Shown here piece by piece: positions 56,773 through 64,000 of a stretch of 64,000 bases of DNA. A program made the position numbers and the translations under genes. Below the pieces are notes generated by a model that saw only the letters and a list, made by a program, of their open reading frames with translations, did no database searches and had not been told where the DNA came from. Location: the IMG/VR virus record IMGVR_UViG_3300027659_000012; one strand, given 5' to 3'. The stretch's first letter is position 1. The number at the start of each line of letters is the position of its first letter. The DNA comes from an uncultured virus (IMG/VR IMGVR_UViG_3300027659_000012). Its lineage: Duplodnaviria; Heunggongvirae; Uroviricota; Caudoviricetes.

Positions 56773-56975
56773 CAGCTAAAGAAGATGCACGAGATTGCTA
56801 ATATGATTGCGCCGAGAGCAATCAAGATGAAAGCTACTGGCAACATGAAAGCAGTAAAGACAATATGAATAATTGCCCAGGCCCAACTCAATGAGCGCGC
56901 AACTATTCCGAGGATGATCAAAGCAAAGAAGCACATGATCGCGACAGGCATCGTCATTTCAGTAGGCATTTCCAT
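56772..56975 (-). CDS. Small two-TM membrane protein
   Basis: Hydrophobic; after the promoter at 57003-57031. Confidence 0.5.
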   Translation of the reverse strand: MEMPTEMTMPVAIMCFFALIILGIVARSLSWAWAIIHIVFTAFMLPVAFILIALGAIILAISCIFFS

Positions 56976-57290
56976 ATTTTTTAGAGTTTCAATTACGCCA
57001 GTATTCTACCATATTCCGAGAGACATGTACATGCCCTTTTTAATCTTTTTCGGCAAAATAGTCTAGCGCCATTGCGAAAATAAAGCATATGCAGATAACC
57101 ATCATAATTTTTAGTTCGATACTCATATTACCAGAATTTTAAATTTCTACCCGCGTTGCCGATGATAAAGAAACAGGTGACGATGTGGACAAACCACCAG
57201 AAGGTTCGAATCAGCGCCGCGACGTCCGATTCGACATCATGATCGCTTATCTTGTGACCCATCGTCTTGGCCCAGATTCTCCAGAGGCGT

Positions 57291-57716
57291 TTAGTCATTA
57301 ATTGGTTTAAGAACCTCTTTGATGTTCTTGGCACCGTATTGATTGGCCGAATGAATATACGTCCGCATCGGAGGCATACCCGCTTCTTGCCACTTGCGAA
57401 GAATGAATTCCGCACATGATTTGCCAGTCTTCTCACGAAGGTTGCCATACTCGATGACACCGCTAGTGGGTTGAGTCACATCATGATAATGACGAATATG
57501 CTCGAAGTGAAGATCATGATCAAAGGACACGGTGTCAGGAAGCCCATTCTTGTTGATGTAACGAACGAACGAGTCGTAGTTGCGAACGATTTGCCACTGG
57601 TTATTCGCGACACCTGATGCATCGATCAGGTTGATATCCCTATCACTAAGGTATGCGCCATTAGGATAACGCACGTCATCCAAGAATAGGTTATAAGGCT
57701 CGTATGTATTTTCCAT
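57291..57716 (-). CDS. Cyclic-phosphate-processing receiver-like domain protein
   Basis: LFLDDVR.P, VSFDHDL, KTG, IHSAN..GAKNI. Confidence 0.7.
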   Translation of the reverse strand: MENTYEPYNLFLDDVRYPNGAYLSDRDINLIDASGVANNQWQIVRNYDSFVRYINKNGLPDTVSFDHDLHFEHIRHYHDVTQPTSGVIEYGNLREKTGKSCAEFILRKWQEAGMPPMRTYIHSANQYGAKNIKEVLKPIND

Positions 57717-57719
57717 ATA

Positions 57720-57962
57720 TTATTTTTTAATTGCAGCGAAGATCTCTTCGACTCCTGAGATTATGTCCTGAACTTCTCCGTTGTCGGAATATACCACTAA
57801 CCGCGGAACGGCCTTGATGTTATGATCCTTAAAGAAGGTAGGAAATTCATCGGCATCTTTGATGGTAACTCGATCTAAAAAACCGGTTGCCAATAAGCGT
57901 TGTTTTAATTGTTGGCATGGAGTGCACCAGGATGCAGAGGCCAGAATAAATGTCTTTTTCAT
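57720..57962 (-). CDS. Thioredoxin / glutaredoxin
   Basis: ASWCTPC..AVPRL. Confidence 0.75.
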   Translation of the reverse strand: MKKTFILASASWCTPCQQLKQRLLATGFLDRVTIKDADEFPTFFKDHNIKAVPRLVVYSDNGEVQDIISGVEEIFAAIKK

Positions 57963-57967
57963 ATGTG

Positions 57968-58261
57968 TTATTTTTCTTCTATTGCTGAGTGAACCACACA
58001 AAAATCTGCGATGCATTCTTTACGATTGATCATGTGTTGCTTACCACGTTTTGTCATCTGTTCAGACCACCATTCAAAAAAGTGATCGAGGATTTGCGTC
58101 TCGGTCCAGATGGTTTCAATTGGTTCATCATTTTCTCCGGGTTCTACCCACTTGTATTTCTTTTCTTTCTTACCGAAGATGCGATCCCAATTGTCTCGTC
58201 CTTCCATGGAAAGGATACGCGATTGAATCGCATCGCCAGTAATATCATTCTTCGCTGCCAT
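57968..58261 (-). CDS. Conserved hypothetical protein
   Basis: KNDITGD.I.S..NWDRIF. Confidence 0.6.
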   Translation of the reverse strand: MAAKNDITGDAIQSRILSMEGRDNWDRIFGKKEKKYKWVEPGENDEPIETIWTETQILDHFFEWWSEQMTKRGKQHMINRKECIADFCVVHSAIEEK

Positions 58262-58461
58262 AGACGTGTGATTTTAGATAGGTTAAATATTCCTCAGAAT
58301 GAGCCGCAGAATTATAGACATAGTCAAAGAGAAAGTCGATGAAGCGTTGATCGTCATCATCGACACTCAGTTTGGAGAGCAGTTGTTGAAACTGTGCTTC
58401 CTCCTCCTTGGCATAGGCAGTCTGGATCGTGCGAAGCTCCTCAATTATCCCTTCTTCCAAT

Positions 58462-59166
58462 TTAGTTAATTTTCTCATAATATCTGTCGTGTGTTTCTCG
58501 ATACATGTCGATGCGACCAATGATCTCTTCGATCAAAGGATCCCTTTGCCCAGCAACACTGATCGCGAAGGGCTTCACGTAATTATATATGCCATCAATG
58601 AGCCGCTGCTCAGAGGTAGGATGCTCTCTACGATTCTTTTTGAAGCGAGCGTCCCATTCTTTACGGGATTGTTCCCATTCTTGGGTTTTTGCATTGAACT
58701 CTTCGTCATCCATACACCGAGCGGGGTCATTTCGAGATACTTCAACATCACCGACCAATTTACCACGCAAGAAGACAGCAGTGTATTCGATCCAGCCAGA
58801 CACAAAACGTTGCCATTTATTACTGCCTAACGGTTCGCCCTTTGGATAATCGTCGTGATGATAGCTTTCATAGAACTCGATACCTCCAGTAAACGCTTCT
58901 TTTTCCCACCAAGTAGTGAGCGTCTCGGTATGGCCAATACGATCCATGATAGATTCACCATTTGGATCGCTAGGTTCTACCCATTGAGTCGTCTTATGTT
59001 GCTGCCAGAGCTGACCCTCGGCATCGATCTTATAGAACACCATTCCTTGTTCAGGTGTGTCCTTAGTCTGAAAGGCCACATTCTCGGCACCTTCCCAGGT
59101 ATCGATCACCTTCTGAGGAAGCTCAGGAAGGAGATACTCGCATTTGATATAGTCGAACATTCCCAT
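58462..59166 (-). CDS. Conserved hypothetical protein
   Basis: MGMFDYI.C..FQTKD..GWIEY.A.F..G. Confidence 0.7.
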   Translation of the reverse strand: MGMFDYIKCEYLLPELPQKVIDTWEGAENVAFQTKDTPEQGMVFYKIDAEGQLWQQHKTTQWVEPSDPNGESIMDRIGHTETLTTWWEKEAFTGGIEFYESYHHDDYPKGEPLGSNKWQRFVSGWIEYTAVFLRGKLVGDVEVSRNDPARCMDDEEFNAKTQEWEQSRKEWDARFKKNRREHPTSEQRLIDGIYNYVKPFAISVAGQRDPLIEEIIGRIDMYRETHDRYYEKIN

Positions 59167-59491
59167 AATTTTATTTTGTGTGTGAGGCTAAGATGAGACC
59201 GAGGTTTGCCATGGCATATGATGCCCAGACAATGAACCACGGCCAATTTGATTTATATGCGTAAGAGATGGCTACTACCAAATATAAGACGAATACGATC
59301 GCCACGATAGTTTCTTCAAGGTTTTCTATTTTCATCAGGTTTTTTAAGTTTGTAACGATCGCGAAATCCATTTAATGCCAGAGCAAAGTTATGCTGACCG
59401 ACGGTCCAGGCATCACTTAAGATTTCTTGACCACGAAAGATGTAAATGTCTTGCTTTACGGATTGTGTACGTATAGGTGCCATATTGTAAT

Positions 59492-59785
59492 TTATGATTC
59501 GATTTCTTTGCGGGTTTTGAAATCCCAAGGGTCAACGCCAATCTCTTTCAGGCGCTCATCGACTCGATCGCACTCGACATCGCCAGGATCCCCTCCTTGC
59601 CATTCGCTAAACACTTCATTTTCTTGACCTTCGACTCGCATACGGGCTTTCTTATCAAAGATGGTACGATTGCTTTCGCAATAGCCACAACTGCCATGAT
59701 TGCGGCAGCTATGATCGAAGCGCTTGGAACCACGATAGGCTTTACGCTTTTCTTTCTTATGAATGATTGCTTTTTCTAGGCTCAT
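59492..59785 (-). CDS. Conserved hypothetical protein, possibly Zn-binding
   Basis: SCRNHGSCGYC. Confidence 0.65.
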   Translation of the reverse strand: MSLEKAIIHKKEKRKAYRGSKRFDHSCRNHGSCGYCESNRTIFDKKARMRVEGQENEVFSEWQGGDPGDVECDRVDERLKEIGVDPWDFKTRKEIES

Positions 59786-59797
59786 AGTAAATTGAGG

Positions 59798-59995
59798 TTA
59801 GAACATGATGTAAGCAAGTCCTTGGCACTTGGTCTTACGAAGCTTAGGAAGAGCTGCATAGTGAGCATCCAGAGCATCGCGTTCTTGCGCAGAGGCAAGA
59901 CGAGAGTATTCAGAATTGGCCACAGTGAGGATCCAACCACCGCCGACTCCGGCGTAGGCGAATGAGAAATCTTTTTTGAGGGAGTTGATTGTCAT
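59798..59995 (-). CDS. Hypothetical early protein
   Basis: Downstream of the promoter at 60219-60246. Confidence 0.5.
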   Translation of the reverse strand: MTINSLKKDFSFAYAGVGGGWILTVANSEYSRLASAQERDALDAHYAALPKLRKTKCQGLAYIMF

Positions 59996-60280
59996 AATAT
60001 AGAGGGAGGTTTCAGGTTATAGAGTAAAGGCAACAAGTTTGGCACCTTGATTCATGGCAATGTCTATCGCTTCAGATTTTGAAGATGTGCTTCCTATAAC
60101 TTGCCAATCGCTGCCTTGGTTGATTCCATAGATTCGAAGCATTCCACTGGAGGATTCTTCGATGGCGGTTTCTGAGAATTTGATTGTCATAATATAGAGA
60201 GGAGTTGCTTACATGGTTATTCTACCATATCTGGCGCCTTTGTACATCACTTTTTACATAGAAAGTGAAAATAATTTCAT

Positions 60281-60309
60281 AAAAATGGGGACCCCTGAGG
60301 ATCCCCACT
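60281..60309 (-). terminator. Intrinsic terminator
   Basis: TGGGGA(T)CC..GGTCCCCA hairpin followed by TTTTT on the minus strand. Confidence 0.65.
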
Positions 60310-60322
60310 GATTTACAATGAC

Positions 60323-60544
60323 TTAGGCGCTCACGAAGGAATAGAGTTCCTCAGCACGTTGAAGGATATTCTTCGTCTTAGGAAACATTCCATCAACCTC
60401 GGTCTCGGTAAGCATCTGCTTGGTCGGATCCTTTTCTTCCTCGAGTCGAAGCAATTGCATCTTCTCATGGAACTTTGTCATTTCATCTTGGTGGGCCATC
60501 TCAAGGACATTGAGACGGATTTCATAGGCATTTTTGTTGCTCAT
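60323..60544 (-). CDS. Conserved T4-like hypothetical protein
   Basis: NAYEIRL.VLEMA..P...IL.RAEELYSFV. Confidence 0.7.
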   Translation of the reverse strand: MSNKNAYEIRLNVLEMAHQDEMTKFHEKMQLLRLEEEKDPTKQMLTETEVDGMFPKTKNILQRAEELYSFVSA

Positions 60545-60590
60545 AGGTGTGTGTAGTTAATGTAAGGATTATTCCGTACAATCCTATATA

Positions 60591-61532
60591 TCACACGTTA
60601 CGACAGGCAAACTCGATGGCTCGATCGGCCTCGACCTCAAGTGGACGATGGCGATACCATCCACCGGTTTCGTCGTCGATCTCACGACACAACAGAGCCA
60701 CTTCATTCGAGGTGATTGGGTATCCCTTGCGCATGGCAGTCGAGGCGATGCTCATCATCATGGCGTACATCTTAGCATACCAGCCAGTCTCTTGAATGGC
60801 ATGATACTCGGCCACGATTTTGCGATTCACAAATGGGCAATCTCGATATGATGTCCATCGATAATTGGTATTCGTCAATTGGGTCTTGCGATACTCGTCA
60901 ATCTTCTTTTGAATTGCCTCGGGAAATTTATTGGACATTCCCATCTTATTCACTGCAGTGACGAAGGCATGACGCGACATCAGTTCATCCGGATCGATCA
61001 TCGGCGCATCCTTATGTGAGAAGATGAACTGATAAGAATTCGGATACTGAGCCGGAACATAGTACATCCTCGACAAATCCTTGGTCTGCGGATCGCCGAG
61101 TGAAGCAAACTCCTTATTGAGCGCATACCAAAAATGTCGAATCTTCTCGGCCAAGATGGGTTTAGTCAAAGGCAAGATGATACGAAACTTTGGATGCTCC
61201 TTGGTGGATGAAGAGCTTGAGTAGCAGACAAAACGATTCTTCTTGAAGACCTCAATGGCATCCTCAAACGAGGTGTCATAGTCATCGACATCCAGGGCAG
61301 CCCATCCACCCCATCCGATAACGTTTGCGTTACGCCGAAGATCATCCTTCTTGAACATGGCCGGAGAAATCAAGGCAGAACCTTGTGTCATCTCACCTTT
61401 CTTCGGTTTATATCCCGGTTGGCCACTCAACGAATAGAGCAATTCCTCAAATTTATCCCAATTCGAGAAACGCATCGAGCGATGAGTCTTATTGTCGAAG
61501 ATCGACTTGAATATCGTCAGTCCGTATTCCAT
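60591..61532 (-). CDS. AEP / PrimPol-like primase
   Basis: AALDVD, YSSSS....PKFRIILPL, DPQTKDLSRMYYVP; likely start MEYGLT. Confidence 0.7.
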   Translation of the reverse strand: MEYGLTIFKSIFDNKTHRSMRFSNWDKFEELLYSLSGQPGYKPKKGEMTQGSALISPAMFKKDDLRRNANVIGWGGWAALDVDDYDTSFEDAIEVFKKNRFVCYSSSSSTKEHPKFRIILPLTKPILAEKIRHFWYALNKEFASLGDPQTKDLSRMYYVPAQYPNSYQFIFSHKDAPMIDPDELMSRHAFVTAVNKMGMSNKFPEAIQKKIDEYRKTQLTNTNYRWTSYRDCPFVNRKIVAEYHAIQETGWYAKMYAMMMSIASTAMRKGYPITSNEVALLCREIDDETGGWYRHRPLEVEADRAIEFACRNV

Positions 61533-61533
61533 G

Positions 61534-62019
61534 TTAAGCTTCGCCGAATGCCTTCGTTGCAAGACCGTGATTACCTTCATGAGAAGGTGCCGTCCATCCC
61601 TCGGGCTTGACGAGGTCGGGAAGACCGAGTGGGTTCGGGCGAGATGCTTTGATGCCGACATTCTTGTTCATGTTTGCCTCCATCACCGCATACCATGCCT
61701 TGCTGAAATCTACCTTCAACAGATCGAGGGTGCCTACGGCAACTACAACCAAATCGATTAGGCTATCGATAACTTCCTCGGCATTCTTCTCAACGATCGC
61801 CTTCTGGCCTTCGTCTACTTCTTCTTGAAGGAAGTTGAAGCGAAACTTGATGAATTCTACGAGTTGATCAGGAGTCAACTTATCAATGGCCTCTTGCACT
61901 CCATACTTGTTGTGCATCATATTCATGTCATCGGCAACTACTGTGATGGCGCCAAGATTATTTTGTATGAGATGCTGAATGCATTCCCATTGCGATTGTG
62001 CTGCTTCTTGTTTTGTCAT
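61534..62019 (-). CDS. MazG-like dNTP pyrophosphatase (dUTPase/dCTPase-like)
   Basis: LQEEVDE, EVIDSLIDL, VMEANMNK, KPEGW. Confidence 0.8.
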   Translation of the reverse strand: MTKQEAAQSQWECIQHLIQNNLGAITVVADDMNMMHNKYGVQEAIDKLTPDQLVEFIKFRFNFLQEEVDEGQKAIVEKNAEEVIDSLIDLVVVAVGTLDLLKVDFSKAWYAVMEANMNKNVGIKASRPNPLGLPDLVKPEGWTAPSHEGNHGLATKAFGEA

Positions 62020-62046
62020 AATGTGTGTGTTGTGTAGAAATATATA

Positions 62047-64000
62047 TCAACCGAAGAAATCCTCGAGACTCGAACGAGGTTCAGGACTCCATCCGATGGC
62101 ATCCAGAATCAGGACCAATGGGTCAATGAATGCCTTCTGAAACTGCATATCATAGTCGATGTACTTGTGAAGTCCCAGTTCTTTTGGAAGTTTGTCAGGA
62201 AACGAAATGACATTCTCATTCAAGGAGTTTGGCATCTTGAGATATGAATAGCGAATACGCTCGCCATTCTGAATCTGAGGATACTTCTTATCGAGACCGG
62301 CATCCTTGAGTGCTCGATTGTAGAGCAATGCACCACGACAATGAAGTGGAGTGCCTTTGGTGTAGATGGTGCTTTTGTTTGCCCACTTGCGAATGCTTGA
62401 TAATCCACGAGGAAAAGAGATCTCCTCGGGTTCCATCGAACCGAATTGAATTCTAAATTCATTCAGAGCTCGCTGAGTGGCAGACTCGTCACCAGTCATA
62501 ATCACCTTGAACATCTGCTTGAAAGCATCTCGGCAAATTGCAGGAGTCGAACTCTTAATTGCCTCGATGCCAACCATCTTGATCTTTGGCTCGGCATATC
62601 GAACACCTTCGTTGTCATGCACGTTCATGATGTAGCGCTTCTTGGCGGTCCAGATGGCACGATCGGCGATGGCTTCTCGCTTCATCACCATGGTATTCTT
62701 GAAAGCATTGGTCAATTTAGCGAGCTTTGCGAATGCCTCGGCCAGGATGGGTTCGATACCTTTCGAGCCGAATTCATCCAGGAAATTGATAGGATTGACT
62801 GGTTTGAAGTGATCCACGATATCCTTCACAGAGACATAGAGCGAATCGGTGTCCATTGCGATGATGCGATCCTTAGGCTTTTTATCCTTTAGCATATTGG
62901 AAAGCCAATCATTGAGAGTCTCTTCACCCCAACGATTGACTAACTGACCCGAGAGTGTGATACCCTCGGCGATGGCAAGATTGAAGTAGCGAAAGTATCG
63001 ATTACCCATGGCACCATAAAGACTATTCAAAAGAATCTTGACCGTCATCTGCTCGGTCTCGAGGCGAGCGATATCAGACTCGACCGCGAAATAGGTCTTG
63101 CGATCGCCTTTGTCCACCGACTCGAGCTTTTGTTTGGCATCCAACATAGCACGCTTGATCTTGACTCGCTTGTTGTAAAGCTCCTCGACGATTTCAGGAA
63201 TGATGCCCATCTTATCTCGACGAAAGCATGCGCCATTTGCGGCCATCGCCAGGTTTGGTTCAGGAGATAGACACTCACCTTTGTTGGCGAGCACATAGTC
63301 CGGAGAAATACCGGGCACGTGCATGTGAGGAACCAAGGTTTCCGGACTCATGTTGTATTGAATGATCAGGTTCGGGTAGAGTGAGTTAAGGTCGAAGGAC
63401 AATACCCAATCATACATGCCCGGAACTGGGTCTTTGACATATCCGCCGGGATAGTCTGCCTTAAAAGAGTTCTCGCTCTGAGGAACTGCGATGTGCTTCT
63501 GCGCCAATCGACGAAAGATAATCGAATCCCAGATTGCCGTAGTGCCGAGAGTTTCTTGATAATTTACACCACCGAGATAGGCCATATTGAAGACCAGATT
63601 GATCAGACCGAGCTTTGCCTCGAAGCGATCGACTAATTCTACGTCCTTGATGTTGTAGTCGACGTAAGTCTGGAAATCATTCTCGTAGAGTTTGATCAAG
63701 GAACCGTGTTCGCCGTAATCAAGCTTACGTTCACCGAGGACGACCTGCGCGATATGATCCAGCTTGTAGGATTCTTGGGCGCCATATGTGTAACCGAACT
63801 TTTTGAAGAGTTCAAGGTAATCGAGCTGCTGGACACCAGAGATATCGAAGAACATCATCTCGCGACCTTTGACAACCACTGTCTTCTGTTCGACCGACGA
63901 CCAAGGCGAAAGACGTTTGGCTGTGTCTGTACCGAGGACGCGTGAGATGCGATTCACGATGTAAGGAACATCGAAGCCACGAATATTCCAGCCAGTGATG
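62047..64000 (-). CDS. gp43: Family B DNA polymerase gp43 (5' end outside the window)
   Basis: TGWNIRGFDVPYI at the window edge; SFDLNSLYP, KILLNSLYG, DTDS, KKRY. Confidence 0.96.
   Translation of the reverse strand, partial: ITGWNIRGFDVPYIVNRISRVLGTDTAKRLSPWSSVEQKTVVVKGREMMFFDISGVQQLDYLELFKKFGYTYGAQESYKLDHIAQVVLGERKLDYGEHGSLIKLYENDFQTYVDYNIKDVELVDRFEAKLGLINLVFNMAYLGGVNYQETLGTTAIWDSIIFRRLAQKHIAVPQSENSFKADYPGGYVKDPVPGMYDWVLSFDLNSLYPNLIIQYNMSPETLVPHMHVPGISPDYVLANKGECLSPEPNLAMAANGACFRRDKMGIIPEIVEELYNKRVKIKRAMLDAKQKLESVDKGDRKTYFAVESDIARLETEQMTVKILLNSLYGAMGNRYFRYFNLAIAEGITLSGQLVNRWGEETLNDWLSNMLKDKKPKDRIIAMDTDSLYVSVKDIVDHFKPVNPINFLDEFGSKGIEPILAEAFAKLAKLTNAFKNTMVMKREAIADRAIWTAKKRYIMNVHDNEGVRYAEPKIKMVGIEAIKSSTPAICRDAFKQMFKVIMTGDESATQRALNEFRIQFGSMEPEEISFPRGLSSIRKWANKSTIYTKGTPLHCRGALLYNRALKDAGLDKKYPQIQNGERIRYSYLKMPNSLNENVISFPDKLPKELGLHKYIDYDMQFQKAFIDPLVLILDAIGWSPEPRSSLEDFFG

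Noticed and set aside
1..64000. Stop-codon reassignment
   Set aside because: Core genes are full length under the standard code and no suppressor tRNA was seen

Overview
A 64-kb segment of a large T4-like (myovirus-type) dsDNA bacteriophage genome, mostly coded on the minus strand. It holds the end of a baseplate/tape-measure block; replication and recombination genes (gp32, gp59, gp33, ligase, RNase H, gp41, UvsX, an AEP-like primase, the 3' part of gp43); nucleotide metabolism genes (NrdAB, ThyX, dCMP hydroxymethylase); a lysis cassette; a tRNA cluster; two NUMOD3-type homing endonucleases; and many small early genes behind a recurrent TGTACA-N16/17-TAG(G/A)AT promoter. The most unusual observations: (1) a 69-nt RNA gene that looks like an isolated tmRNA tRNA-like domain (G3-U70, ACCA end) with no tag-coding region; (2) about 1.3 kb of ORF-free structured sequence among the tRNAs, including a three-fold repeated RNA module; (3) a hydroxymethylcytosine gene linked to two aGPT-Pplase-like genes, a PLP enzyme and an SGNH-like protein instead of glucosyltransferases, suggesting an uncharacterised cytosine hypermodification; (4) a late cluster of three nucleotidyltransferase-fold proteins whose N-termini resemble the T4 capsid-targeting sequence; (5) a T TTT TTC -1 slippery site joining gp26- and gp51-like frames before the tape-measure gene. 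All calls come from reading the sequence and recalling motifs; no searches or folding programs were run.
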